NCBI RefSeq assembly: GCF_001194135.2 | Contig: NC_068992.1 | Coordinates: forward strand, 55,099,823-55,163,822 | DNA length: 64,000 nucleotides | Direction of reading: 5' to 3' | Source of the DNA: Octopus bimaculoides | Lineage: Eukaryota | In this document: one piece after another, positions 36,510-51,129 of the stretch | Layout: every line of letters starts with the position of its first letter | Numbering within the stretch: the first letter of the stretch is position 1 | Notes under the pieces: generated by a model | What the model was told of the DNA's origin: nothing | Databases searched by the model: none | What the model saw: only the letters and a program-made list of their open reading frames with translations | Program-made: the position numbers and the translations under genes

Positions 36510-36925
36510 TAAGATTCAGAGACCCTACCACCATAGTTAACTCTAGCTTTCATATCTTGATGCAAAACCCTGATTTTTCTGCGCAGCCTATTTTCCTTAG
36601 AATTAGCCACAGAGCATTTCGATTAACAGTATCGAATGGTTTACGCAAATCAAAAAAGCAATGGTATAGAGCAAGATTTTGTTCAATGCGCTTTTCTTGA
36701 AATTGTCTGATAGCAAAGATACAATCAGCTGTGCCACTCGAGGAAGGAAAACCACACTATATTTGGAACTATGAAGGTATTTAAATGTTCTAACAAAATG
36801 CGGGCAAGTACCTTTTCAACCACAGACAAAAGCGAAATCCCACGGAAATTACCAAACAGATCCTTTGGCCCTGATTTATATAGAAGGAAACTAAAATGGC
36901 ATCAATCCAGTCGTGAGGCACTTTA
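36510..36925 (-). mobile_element. RTE/BovB-like LINE reverse-transcriptase remnant
   Basis: Minus translation across frameshifts: VPHDWIDAILV...GNFRGISLLSVVEKVLARILL...SGTADCIFAIRQFQEKRIEQNLALYHCFFDLRKPFDTVNRNALWLILRKIGC...LHQDMKARVNYGG. These are classic RTE RT motifs. Confidence 0.9.
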
Positions 36926-37786
36926 TATATNNNNNNNNNNNNNNNNNNNNNNNNNNNNNNNNNNNNNNNNNNNNNNNNNNNNNNNNNNNNNNNNNNNNNN
37001 NNNNNNNNNNNNNNNNNNNNNNNNNNNNNNNNNNNNNNNNNNNNNNNNNNNNNNNNNNNNNNNNNNNNNNNNNNNNNNNNNNNNNNNNNNNNNNNNNNNN
37101 NNNNNNNNNNNNNNNNNNNNNNNNNNNNNNNNNNNNNNNNNNNNNNNNNNNNNNNNNNNNNNNNNNNNNNNNNNNNNNNNNNNNNNNNNNNNNNNNNNNN
37201 NNNNNNNNNNNNNNNNNNNNNNNNNNNNNNNNNNNNNNNNNNNNNNNNNNNNNNNNNNNNNNNNNNNNNNNNNNNNNNNNNNNNNNNNNNNNNNNNNNNN
37301 NNNNNNNNNNNNNNNNNNNNNNNNNNNNNNNNNNNNNNNTGTGTTTAACTCTCCTTTCTCTACATTATGGATTGAGTTCAACCTGCATTATTAGTTATTA
37401 TCATATTCATTTAACAAAAAAATGAATGCCTGTTATTTTCTGATTCCAAAATCAATATGATTTTACGCTTGCTTCTATGACTCAAAAGACCTATTAGCTT
37501 TTCAGTTATCTCTCTCTCCCTGTCTATCTTTCCGTCTTTCTCTCTCTTTCTATATATATATATATAAATGTATATACATATATATATATATATATATATG
37601 TATACATGAGTGTGTGTGTATGTGTGTGTATGTATGTATGTACGTGTGTACGAATATTGTATATCTATATAATACTTGAACAGAAGGAATTATTTTCCTG
37701 ATGCAGATCTTCGTTAGAATAACGGAACAGCTGCTGAGATAAGGACAAAACCGAATTTTTGTATATGCTATGATACTGAGAAAAAA

Positions 37787-37818
<32 letters not shown>

Positions 37819-37873
37819 TATACACACATACGCACACATATATATATAAACATGCGAGCATGCGCGCGTGTGT

Positions 37874-38046
37874 ACTTTACTCTTTTACTTGTTTCAGTCA
37901 ATTTACTGCAGCCATAAAGTCAAATCGAGCCTAGAACTTATTCTATCGGTTCTTTTGCCGCACCGCTAGTTTACGGGGACGTAAACACACCAACATCGGT
38001 TGCCAGGTGATGGTACAAGGACAATCACTGACACACAAATACATGC

Positions 38047-38079
<33 letters not shown>

Positions 38080-38230
38080 TACGACGGGCTTCTTACAGTT
38101 TCCGTCCACCGAATCCACTCGCAAGGCTTTGGTCAGCCCCAAGAAGACACTTTCCTAAGGTGCCACGCAGTGAGACTGAACTCGGAACTATGTGATTGGG
38201 AAGCAAGCTTCTTACCAAACAGCCATCCTA
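37874..38230 (-). mobile_element. SINE family A adjoining the 3' end of the mariner
   Basis: TACTCTTTTACTTGTTTCAGTCA...(AT)n...ACGACGGGCTTCTTACAGTTTCCGTC...CCTAAGGTGCCACGCAGTGAGACTGAACTCGG...AAACAGCCA. Confidence 0.85.
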
Positions 38231-38239
38231 GTGTGAAAT

Positions 38240-39460
38240 AAAAGTCACTTTTTTTTATCATACAAAAAATGAACTTTAATCAATTACATATTTTACATTT
38301 TGTTCGATGACCTTTTGCCAACTTTGTGGCAACTTCATGATTCTGCGCTCATAGAACTTCTGGTCCTTATCAACTAAAAACTGAAGCATGTGCGATTTCA
38401 AGTCATCATCATTATTGAAAGTTTTACCATTCAAAGAATTTTGTAATCTTCGAAGCAAACGGTAATCTGATGGTGCAAGGTCAGGGTCACATGGTGGATG
38501 TGACGTCACTTCCCAAGCAAGCTCCAATAATTTTTCACGGGTTAATAAAATCGTGTGTAGTCCAGCGTTGTCATGGTGGAACATGATACTTATACGATTT
38601 GCCAATTCTGGCCATTTTTCTTTGATTGCTTCCTCCAGTTTCATTAGTTTTTGATAGCAAACATTCTGAATTCATCGTTTGGTTTCTTGGAAGCAGCTCA
38701 AAATACAAACAACTTTGCAATCCCATTAAATTGACAGCATTATGTTTTTAAATGTAAATTCAGCTTTCGATGTGCAGGTTCATTATGCTTGACCCATGAT
38801 TGTTTTCGATCGATATTATTGTAGACAATTCATTTTTCATCACCAGTGATGATTCGTTTAAAACCAAAACGTCGATTTCATTTTGTTTGAGATGCATATC
38901 GCAAATATCAATTCGTTGTGTCAATTGAATCTTATTCAAATTATGTGGAACCCAAATATCGAGCTTCTTAACGAGACCAAGTGACTTGAAGTGATTTTCA
39001 ATTGTTGAGTGTGATACATTTGACCTCTCTGCAATCTCTCGCACAATTATATGACAGCTTATGGCTCTGATTCAATCATCATCAGCTTCAGTCAGTCGAC
39101 CTGAACGTTGATTATCTTTGCGAGAAAAATCTTCAGAACGGAATTTTTTAAAACCATTTCTGACGTGCGTTCTGTTAAGCAATGGACACCATAAACTTCA
39201 CATACCTCTTCGTGAGCCTTATCAGCTTTCTTGCCTTTACGGACATAAAAACACAAAATATCGAGAAAAAGTTCGTTTTTGCACTCCAGGTTAAAATTGA
39301 TAATGAACTAACAACTGTAACCAAAATTATGCGCAATTTACTTCTAAAGTAACGGCTATCAAATGTCAAAAGGAAAAAAAATCATTACACTGACAAAAGT
39401 CATTCAAAAAAATCGTAACACTATTTACAAAATACGAAATTGATTTCTGCCAACCCAATA
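38240..39460 (-). mobile_element. Near full-length mariner transposon (Hsmar1/cecropia-like) with a pseudogenised transposase
   Basis: N-terminus ILCFYVRKGKKADKAHEEVCEVYG; KKLDIWVPHNL; FHHDNAGLHT...HPPCDPDLAPSDY...KLPQSWQKVIEQNVKYVID*. The 5' TIR TATTGGGTTGGCAGAAAT ends at 39460 next to TA; the 3' TIR was not found. Confidence 0.95.
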
Positions 39461-39500
39461 TATATATGGAAACACATTTATACATTTACACACACACACA

Positions 39501-39550
<50 letters not shown>

Positions 39551-40063
39551 NNNNNNNNNNNNNNNNNNNNNNNNNNNNNNNNNNNNNNNNNNNNNNNNNN
39601 NNNNNNNNNNNNNNNNNNNNNNNNNNNNNNNNNNNNNNNNNNNNNNNNNNNNNNNNNNNNNNNNNNNNNNNNNNNNNNNNNNNNNNNNNNNNNNNNNNNN
39701 NNNNNNNNNNNNNNNNNNNNNNNNNNNNNNNNNNNNNNNNNNNNNNNNNNNNNNNNNNNNNNNNNNNNNNNNNNNNNNNNNNNNNNNNNNNNNNNNNNNN
39801 NNNNNNNNNNNNNNNNNNNNNNNNNNNNNNNNNNNNNNNNNNNNNNNNNNNNNNNNNNNNNNNNNNNNNNNNNNNNNNNNNNNNNNNNNNNNNNNNNNNN
39901 NNNNNNNNNNNNNNNNNNNNNNNNNNNNNNNNNNNNNNNNNNNNNNNNNNNNNNNNNNNNNNNNNNNNNNNNNNNNNNNNNNNNNNNNNNNNNNNNNNNN
40001 NNNNNNNNNNNNNNNNNNNNNNNNNNNNNNNNNNNNNNNTATATATATATATATATATATATG

Positions 40064-40104
<41 letters not shown>

Positions 40105-40581
40105 CTGTCTATCCTGTGAAGAAAACAACATTTATAAAGTGCAGTTAAAAATCAAAATTTTAAATTTTCTCCTTCCAGTATATATTGAATAAATTTTTTC
40201 TCTGTTGACCTTTGACTTTTATATGTAATTTTGCATTCCCTCTCCTTTTATTTATTTAGCAGGAATAACAGAAATGAAGCATTAATATATTACGATTTTT
40301 GTTTGTCTTGTAACAATGCCAAATGTGTCTTGTTATCGGGGATGATGGAGTGGTGATGGTGTTTGTGATGCTGGTGGTGGTGGTGGAGAGATGAATGAGA
40401 GGACTTAGGTATCTTTACTGCTGTTTAGTTTATCGACCCGGTGACTGATTAATTGCCAAATGTATTTAGAGGAGATTCAACTTTAGGTTTTATGAATGGT
40501 AAAACTAGGCAGAATATTAATTTTCTAGGGAAGCAACATAGTGTTAAGTAAATTGATGCCATTATATAGTCACGCTATAAA

Positions 40582-41480
40582 GGCGGCGAGCTGGCAGAAT
40601 CATTAGCGCACTGGATGAGATGTTTAGCGGCATTTCGTCTGCCACTACGTTCTGAGTTCAAATTCCGCCGGGGTCGACTTTGCCTTTCATCCTCTTAGAG
40701 TCGATTAAATAAGTACCAGTTACGCACTGGGGTCAATGCAATCGACTTAATCCCTTTATCCAAATTTGAGGCCTTGTGCTTCCAGTAGAAAGGATTATAT
40801 AGTCATTAACACGGCATGTTGGCTGAATCGTTACTGTGTTGATCAAAATGTTTGGTAACATTTCATCCGCCTTTACGTTCTGGGTTCTCTTTCCACCTAG
40901 GTCGACTTTCAATTTCATCATTTTCAGGCCGATAAAAAAAAAGTAGCAGTAAAGTACTAGGATCAATGTAATCGAGTAACCAATCCCACAAAAATCTCAG
41001 ACCTTGTGCCTATAAGAGAGAGGAATATATATTCACATTCGGGTAGTGAGCTGGTTGAATAACTAGTGCATCTATCAAAATGCTTAGCGCCATTTCTTCC
41101 GGATTTACGTTCTAAATTCAAATGACGCCGAAGTCGACTTCGCTTTTCCTCATTTCAATGTCGATAAAGTACCAGTTGACCACTGGGATTTATTTAGTAA
41201 ACTCTCTCCTACTTCTCAAAACAATTCAAGCCTTGTACGTACTGTAGAAAGAGTTATTCCGTCACATTGGTAGGCAGCTAGCTGAATCGTCGGCGCGTCG
41301 ATCAAGTGCTTTGCAATATTTTGCCAATATTTAGGTTCTCATTTCAAATCTCGTCGAGGTTAACTGTACCTTACATTCCTCCAGGTTCTACAAACTATAA
41401 TAGCAATCTAGTGTTGTGTTGTGCAATCGAATAACTTCCTCTCCTCAATTTTTTGGTCTTGTACACAGCACTATAATCAA
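40582..41480 (+). mobile_element. Head-to-tail array of four SINE family B copies (~230-bp period)
   Basis: Heads at ~40582, ~40810, ~41040 and ~41270; each has the TTCAAAT/GTCGACTT/AGTACCAG blocks and a GCCTTGT...GTAGAAAG-type tail. Confidence 0.85.
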
Positions 41481-42437
41481 ACTGCTGCAAAGTTGAGCTG
41501 AGAGTAAAACCACATAGCAGCACGGCAACAGCCATGTCAGTTCGTAAAAAAAATTTACGTACCTTGTAGCATTTAGATTACTCAGTCAAGTGTATTGCTT
41601 ATTTTCCACATTGTCTGCAATTAATCATGCATTATTTTCTAGGTCTGAGATTTAGATGAAGTGATTGTTTATTTCGAGAATGACTGTGTAGGGCAGGTGG
41701 GAGAAGGCCGGATCTGTCAACTCTTAACATAAAATAGGTAGAATATTTGAACTGAATTTGGATGGTATAAATGCTAAAGGTTAAAATAAATAGCATGTAG
41801 TAGAATATTTGAAACACCGTACAATACTCTGAGTTTTGAACAGGAAACAATACTCATGCTTTGGCCTTCGATGCAATTGAAGAAGAATTTAAGGAACCGA
41901 TTAACACAGGTCAGTCAAACAGACAACTTTGGAAGAACAAACAATAACAAAAGATTTTTATCCAATCAATGTTCTAATCATTATTTGAAATTTGATCTGT
42001 CAATATTACGTTAACTACACGCCGACTAGTTTACTACTTACCAGGCATATTTGGTGAGTTTTTTCGCCTAAGTACCAATTGCAGTAGATTGGGAAAAATC
42101 GACAGACAAGTGATTATATGAACTTCTTCTTAAAAGTTCTGGTATTATTATTAAGCCAATTCCAAATACAAGATACACGTTCATCTTGGTCTCTGGTGAC
42201 CTCTAAAGTTTCAGGCTCGTGTAAGAATTATGATGTTTATTTTCCCGTTTGCTGAGCAGAAATATTTCAGTTATAACTAATTGTTACTCGGAGGAATATA
42301 ACTGTTGAAACGTATTAATCTGTCTATCCTCATACCAGCGTAAAATAAATTTCTGTCCGACTATCTCTCTCTATTTCTCTCTCTCTCTCTCTGTTTCTTT
42401 CTCTCTCTGTGTTTCTTTCTCTCTCTCTTCCTGAAAA

Positions 42438-42480
<43 letters not shown>

Positions 42481-42914
42481 NNNNNNNNNNNNNNNNNNNN
42501 NNNNNNNNNNNNNNNNNNNNNNNNNNNNNNNNNNNNNNNNNNNNNNNNNNNNNNNNNNNNNNNNNNNNNNNNNNNNNNNNNNNNNNNNNNNNNNNNNNNN
42601 NNNNNNNNNNNNNNNNNNNNNNNNNNNNNNNNNNNNNNNNNNNNNNNNNNNNNNNNNNNNNNNNNNNNNNNNNNNNNNNNNNNNNNNNNNNNNNNNNNNN
42701 NNNNNNNNNNNNNNNNNNNNNNNNNNNNNNNNNNNNNNNNNNNNNNNNNNNNNNNNNNNNNNNNNNNNNNNNNNNNNNNNNNNNNNNNNNNNNNNNNNNN
42801 NNNNNNNNNNNNNNNNNNNNNNNNNNNNNNNNNNNNNNNNNNNNNNNNNNNNNNNNNNNNNNNNNNNNNNNNNNNNNNNNNNNNNNNNNNNNNNNNNNNN
42901 NNNNNNNNNNNNNN

Positions 42915-42975
<61 letters not shown>

Positions 42976-43640
42976 CGTGTGTGTGTATGTGTGTGCGTGT
43001 GTGTCATGATGATCCAATCTGGTCCTGAGGCAAGTTGCAAAGTCTGCTACACTGTACAATGCAATTTATAGAAAGGATTTTCCTGAAAATTTCTATTTAA
43101 TAAGTTACAGTTATGTTGGTTGGGCATATTCACTCGTTATATGAAACGATTCGATCATATTGCACCTCTCACACACTCTTTAAAAATGTAAGTACGATAG
43201 ACCAATATTAACAATATGGGACAGCGAAACGAAATAGTATAGAGTAGCTGAAATCAAATGCCCACAATTTGCAACAAATTGTTATAGATAATAGAAAAGG
43301 AAAATGAAAAAACACCTATGGTAAATTGACGAGAAATCTATTAATACGATCAGTTAGCAAAGAAATGCACCCAGTTATTTTGGTCGATTTTGCCTTATAT
43401 TCAACAGCTTGTGCACCAATCGTGTGATACTGAGTTTTGCAAAGCCAAAAAGAGAACATGAGCAATCGGAATGTTATGATTATAATTAATGCATGTAACT
43501 GAAAATATCCTAAATTTTCCAGCTTTCTCTTTTTGCAGGAGACTGTAAAGAAATACACATATTAGTGCGTCCACAAAGATAAGCCATGGCACGCAATCAC
43601 TTAACTACAAGACGATATAAATGCACACATACGTGTGAAG

Positions 43641-43687
<47 letters not shown>

Positions 43688-43697
43688 NNNNNNNNNN

Positions 43698-43743
<46 letters not shown>

Positions 43744-44935
43744 CATATATACACTCATACATGCACGCATGACGTTCATTAGTTGATGTTTTCTATATTG
43801 TAAGATGGAGTATTCCTGTTTCTCTATTGGCGAGAAATTTAAATTATAAAATGAAAGAAACATACATGTATACACAATTTAATGCAATACTATATTATTT
43901 TAAAATGTGATTATATATTTTGCAATTTACATTTTTCGAAATTTAGGATTTCATCCTCTCAATAAATAGTCGCAATTGGAATAACGGAAAAAGATAATCA
44001 GTATGAACGGAACCTCCATAATCGCACTAAACTATAGAAAAACAAAAATAGATCATTTATACCTGTGCAATTTGAAACATTTCAAAGGAGAATGTTCATC
44101 AAGCAGATATAACGGTTATAATTAAATCTATATTTTGAAAATCAAATAATCGTATTTAACGAATATTTTTGTCTCAATTTTAACTCATAAATTTCTCTAA
44201 ACTGATTTTAAATTCTATTCAAAGCTTGCTCATAAATTTAAAAACAAAATATAATTTGATCACAAATAATTTGGTCACGAATAAACAGATTCACAGAAAA
44301 ATACTCTCAAATGCATTTGCAACTATGGATAAACTATCAAATGAAATGTAATCAACATTGTGAGAAAACAAAACACCTGATATGGCATCACAAAATATTG
44401 ACGAGAGTGAATTGTTCCCCTTTATTTTTCAAACTGTTATGTAAAATGTTATATGTTTGATAAAAAATGAGATTATATAGTTCATTGATTTTATTCAAAA
44501 GTATCATTTTCACATAGGATAAAAGAATATGTAATTCAATTATCAATAGATTTTATTTCAATTTTCACAAATGCAACTATCAGTGCTTTGAAAGCTATGC
44601 AGAACACTCTCGATTGTTCAGCTTATACTGATCTCGGCTAAAAGTATTTTGCTGCACGTTTCTAAATTCTTTGAAATAAACGTATGCATGATTCTCTACT
44701 TCTGTTTGAAATGAAGACATGATGAACGCCTGGTTTATAAAATAATTTCTAATATCGCTGTTAAGGACAACAAGTTTAAATATGCAAGAGGACGGAGGTA
44801 CATTCACTTGCACAGTATATTTATATTTTGCTGCCAAGTTTAGTACTATCAGCAGGTTTTCGGTTTTATTCTCAACTTTCACACGCGCGCGTACACACAC
44901 ACACACACATACATACACACACACACACACACACG

Positions 44936-44980
<45 letters not shown>

Positions 44981-47083
44981 ACACTTACACACACACACCC
45001 ACACACGTGTATATGAAAAGAAAGAAAATTAGAATTGCACATCTTTAACTGATAATTTATATAAGATTTTCGGATATACTAGTGTTTTGCAATGCAACGA
45101 TTTTCCATATTGAATCGATTATATGAAGTAAATGCTTGCGTATCTTTCTCAAGGCACAACTACACCGTGAAAGATTATAGAAGTGCGACTTATGAGAAAG
45201 TGATAATCAGTAATGATACCTAACCAAATGCTATACTCGGCGAGGAATAGAAGAATACCGAGGAAGGATCTGATGCAAATGTCTTGGTGTTATGATGTAG
45301 ATGGTAAGATCTTGTGTATTTAAACTCGAGCTGACCTCAAAGCAAATCTAGAAAAAAAAAAGTCATAAATTTTAACTTATTGACCGATGAAGCTAGAGAG
45401 TGGGAGAAATATGAAAGGGGATCATAGGATATTTAATAAAGGTTTTAAGAGGATTATACTAACTTTATTCAGTATATACTAGATATTACTATTAGAGGTA
45501 ATATATTTCGAATTGAATTTAAATGAAGAAGAGAGTGAAACATAATCTAAATCAAAATGAGATTAACAAATACCTTTGCAAAATAAAATCGAACTCAAAA
45601 GGAAGATTTCAGGTGGAAGAAAAGTAATAAAATATGAACAAGCCAGAAGGTGCTATTGAGTTAGTCATGGCCTGGGCCGATAATGACCGAAACCAGATCT
45701 TCACCTCTTACATCACACCTTTCTTCCTACTTTAACGCCGATGTGGTATAATTTCCTGGGAGAGAAATAATTTTGCGGCTGAGGATAGCTTTATATTGTA
45801 AATTATACACATATAAAGCTTGAAACACGTGTACCGCGGAATCCTTTGTAGTTTTGTTGTTATTTTTTGGATTTACAATTTATATATATNNNNNNNNNNN
45901 NNNNNNNNNNNNNNNNNNNNNNNNNNNNNNNNNNNNNNNNNNNNNNNNNNNNNNNNNNNNNNNNNNNNNNNNNNNNNNNNNNNNNNNNNNNNNNNNNNNN
46001 NNNNNNNNNNNNNNNNNNNNNNNNNNNNNNNNNNNNNNNNNNNNNNNNNNNNNNNNNNNNNNATGATGAAGAAAACCAATAAATCATTGGGTTATGATTA
46101 AAGTCCAAGAATGTTAGTCGTAATCCTAAGCACTAAGAGAATTAATAAAAAAAAAAGAAAATAATGAATTAAACAACTAATAGCGTTGTCAAGGGAAGCA
46201 GAATATACCCTTGATAGTTTTAATTATTTTAAAGAATATCAGTAAATATAAAGATTTGGATGAATACTAATGGAATAATTTAGAAAAGAAATTAAGAAAA
46301 AATATTAGAAAAAGAAAGTGAAATGAATAATAACCAAAATACCACTTCTTTAATACATTAGTCCCATCTAGTTAAGTAAATTTCAAAAATATATATGTGA
46401 TGTATTAAGAACACGGCATAAAAAATGCATGCAGACATGTACTACTTCACTATAATAATGTTATTAGGGATGTATTTAAATGTTATTCTAAATATATGAG
46501 AACATTTTAGCGTTAATTCATTTCCACACTTGAATTAGACTTGGGATTAGCAGCTGATAAACACACAGTCTGTCACATAGGTTCTTGTGTTGTAAATTTC
46601 AAGAAAAGCGTACATAATCATCTCTCCTGTTTCAAGATTAGGAAAAAAGAAAACTTCTGTTTTCAAGTAAATATATATCACAGCTTGAAAGAGAGAACTA
46701 GCAAATATGACATAAAACGGTCCGTTATAAGCAGTGCTTTACTATTTACAAGTGGTAAATCCCGACGTGACTTTTGCCTCGATGAGATATTCTACATCTT
46801 TATTTCCAAGTCTAATTGATTGAAGTGAGAGGGGCGGTGTGATTGATATATGTATATGAATAGATATATCTTTATACAGAGGTAAAAATACAAATATATC
46901 AAAATGCGTTATATTAACACTATTATAAATTCTTACAAATCATTTTATCCTTTTTATGTAGACATACTTTCAACAAATACGATCGGTCCTGCTTCAGCAT
47001 TTTCTTTTTGACAAAATATCTATCAGAACGTTGACAATTTGCAGGCTCACTAGTAAAAATGAACTGTTACAAAACCATATCTG

Positions 47084-47148
<65 letters not shown>

Positions 47149-47223
47149 CTATTTATTTATCTATTTATCTATCTGTCTATCTATCTATCTATATATTTAT
47201 CTATCTATCTGTGTATCTATCTT

Positions 47224-47254
<31 letters not shown>

Positions 47255-47889
47255 CATACTCACATACTAGCTAATATTACTTCGATTATATTGTTTGTGC
47301 AAATTGCCAACTCGAATTATATATAAAATATAAAGGAATTTTCAAATCGATATCATCTTGTAATTTGATTATACTTTTTATGATACGAGTTTATTACTAC
47401 AACTTTAAAAAGTTCACTTTATACTACATTGTTTTCATATTGTTTAGGTCTGAAAATTCTTTTATAGCTCATTAATTCTATAGTACGTCTGCTCTTGGGG
47501 CTATGAAGAATATACTGTATATCAGCATATCCAGTCGCATCTGAAATTTGGTTTTATTCTGTCAATCACTAATGAGATGGTATTTAGGAGATTTTTATGT
47601 AACATAAACTTTTAGAATTGATGTAATAGAACCTCATGTTCCTAATACATACGATGCACATTATGGTTTAAACAGAAAATCTCCCGTGGCAGAAAAGAAA
47701 ATATTTTCAGAATTTCACGACCCTTCGAAATAATATATAAAATCTGTTAACAAAATCATCACATCAGACCCGAGTAATTGTTGACTTTCTGAAATATATT
47801 GTAGTACAAATGAAGGAAGTTTTATGAAAATTCTTTTGGATATTGAAGTAAGATAATTGTCTCTAGAATGTACCTCTCAAAGATTTATT

Positions 47890-47935
47890 CTTTTATTCTT
47901 TTACTTGTTTCAGTCACTTGACTGCGGCAATGCTA
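47890..47935 (-). mobile_element. SINE family A 3' tail fragment
   Basis: CTTTTATTCTTTTACTTGTTTCAGTCACTTGACTGCGGCAATGCT; a similar stub lies at ~21720-21770. Confidence 0.6.
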
Positions 47936-48396
47936 GTCTGATTCAACAGTAGGGTCCTCTAAAAATGTAGAACAGACAAGTTATAAATGTATTTGTTAAT
48001 TGATTATAATTTAATTTTGATTTCAATTAGTGTCAAACTTATGTGTTGTTATGCACACAGTTCAGATAATGCATACAATTGGTGCTCAGGAGAAAAACAA
48101 AAATCTATCCAGATTAGATGGATAAAAAAATTGGTTGGGGTTCCCGCTTGAAAATTCGGTCTTTGAAATGCTGATTATGCATGTAGGGGAAAAGGTTTCA
48201 TTCCTAATATTTAAAATTTTCGTTTTTGATGTGATAATGTTTAATTTTTCAAAGATGCAGCACAGAATTTTGTCTGAACAGATCCCGGTCTCAAAGCGAC
48301 GAAAATATTTTCGCAAATTAAATTTGAATGTTGAAGTGAATCTAACGTTTTTTGTGTGTTTCATAAATGGCTTATAAACACCTTCCACGCTGCAAT

Positions 48397-48432
<36 letters not shown>

Positions 48433-48823
48433 CGAACATATCTTTCGGCCATATAATCGTATCGCACACTAGTCAATTGGCTATTAGAAACTAATAATTA
48501 CTTAACAGAAAGCCATGATTTCCCAGAGGTAGTGATTGTTGGGTTAAATCGAATGTTTTCTATATATTCATGCGGAAAATTATGAGCTTACAGAACAACG
48601 TAATCAAGCCATGAATTTGATTGTTATTTCCTAGAAGCATATTAACTTCTAATATTTACTGTTTAGTTATTAGAGTTAAGATGCTTGATAGAATATCAAA
48701 TTGTGATAAAGTTATTCAAAGCAAATCCTTACATTTCTCAACGCATTCAGGGTGGAATTAGGGACAACCAACCATTCGAAGGATTTTCGTGTATATGCGT
48801 GAGACTGCATGTATATATGTGCG

Positions 48824-48858
<35 letters not shown>

Positions 48859-49201
48859 AACTATCGATAGAATAGTACGCACGTGTACATTCGTATACTC
48901 ACTTAGATAGCCACTCGCGCATGCACATGAAATTTACATTTGTATAAATGTATTGAGATATATAGACAGACAGATAGGCACATAGACAGACAGACAGACA
49001 GATAGACAGATAGATAGAGAAACAGATAAATATATAGATAGATTAATAGATAGACAAACTGTCAGATAGATAAATGTATAGAAAGACAGACAAATTGCTA
49101 GATAAATGGACAGACAAACTGACAGATACATATATAGATGTATATATAGATGGATAGACAGGCAGATAGGCAGACAGGCATACAGACAGATAGATAGATA
49201 G

Positions 49202-49281
<80 letters not shown>

Positions 49282-50121
49282 TATAGTTACGTATATGGAT
49301 GGACGAGTATCTATATTTTGTGCGCATTTACGCGTGTCTGTATGTCAAAACGTTAGTCAGTAAGACAGTTTCATGCATTTCACATTTTTTACAGACATAG
49401 ACAGACACAGTGCTATACATGCAGACATATATCTACACAAATATAATCAGACGTGTATCAGTGCGTGAGTCCGAGTAAATTTGTATACCTGTATCTGTGT
49501 GCCTGTTCGTATGCTTGCATGTGTGCGTGATTTGGTATCTTATTTTAGAATGCTATGTGAATAAGATAATTATTAATTTGAATATTTTACAAGTCTCGTA
49601 ACCAAAAGAGGAGAAACTGACTTATAACAGATGGCCAAATTTCTCTCCCCAAACCACTGATAAAAATATAGAAGTAAAACAAGAAATATATAAAGTAATT
49701 TGCATTGCGTCAATTTACATGATGGGAACTTATATCAAGTAGAAATATTTAGCTCTTCTTTAGTTTTACACGTCTCAGCGATAATATTAGCCTCTAACCA
49801 TTTAACATTACAAAATTATTTACTTTTGTTTAACAAAATATAATTCTTTAGAAAATAGAGATATTTGCTTTTATATCTTTCATAAAAAACTCACATAAAA
49901 ACAAAACAAAAATAGCTATTTGATTAAAGAACAATGAAAGTAAAACAATTAAAAAAAAAATTATTGGTCCCTTGTAACTTATACTTATTCTCGGTTGCAT
50001 TTGGAGTATTGATTTCAAATGTGTCACCAGTTTTGTGCTGTTAGCTGTGGTTTTAGATATAGAATGTTACAATTTATGTGGTTATGTCTTCACTTTTTTG
50101 TTACAATTAGTGAGACACCAA

Positions 50122-50310
50122 AGGCAGCGAGCTAGGTGAATCGTTAGTACACCAGACGAAATGATTCGCAGTATAAATACCGGATTTACGGGCTAAGTTC
50201 AAATTTCGGTGAGGTTGACCTTACCTTGCTTTCGTAAAATAGTGTCAGGCAAGCACCAGAATCGATAAAATCGACTAGGCATCTTCCCTTATAATTTCAG
50301 ACTCTGCGCC
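50122..50310 (+). mobile_element. SINE family B, diverged
   Basis: GGCAGCGAGCTAGGTGAATCGTTAGTACACCAGACGAAATG...AGTTCAAATTTCGGTGAGGTTGACC. Confidence 0.7.
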
Positions 50311-50538
50311 CATAGTTGAATGGAATACATGGGGCACCACTGGCAATGCATCTCAACTTCAGTGATGTCTCATTTGATAATTATAGTCGTCAATAGTAAA
50401 TTACATGATATCAAATTTTATTCAAGATCTTATATCTGTAGGTAAGTCACGAATTTATGGCTAACGCAGCCTCTATGTAATGGATTCCATTTAATCTTTG
50501 TAGTGTTTTGCATATTCAACAGACGCTTCTGATATCTG

Positions 50539-50585
<47 letters not shown>

Positions 50586-51129
50586 TGAAGCATTAATTTC
50601 TTCGCTAAATTCATATCAGTTAAACCGAAACTAAACAAAGGAAAATATTTATGATGTATTGAAGAGGGTCTAAACCTCTCGAAAGTATTTCATTAATTAC
50701 GTCTCCGGGTTGAATGAACAGAATTTACTAGATTCTAGAAACAAGATTACATTTCACGTTACAGAAAGTATAAAAAACAGTTTTCTGCCTTTCTTCTCTA
50801 ACGATAAGTATCTATTCTGAAATGATACCAAAAATATTCTGAACAAGATGTATGCATCGGAATACTGCATTATGAGTGCTTTAGGAAAGGAAAAACATTT
50901 GAGAAGTCAACCTCGACAGCAAATCAAGAAGTTGAATCTCTCAGGCGGTTCAGTATTCTCTTTTACTGATATCTCTCTGGCACCGCCAGGTTTAGTGGGG
51001 GACATATAACCCTGTAAGGCCATTCACGTATGCAATGGCTACTTCAATGTAAAACCTACAGCTTGATGATCACAGCCGCCATCTTTGACCGCTGAGCCAC
51101 TGTCGTCAGATTTTCAAATCTAAAGAGAC

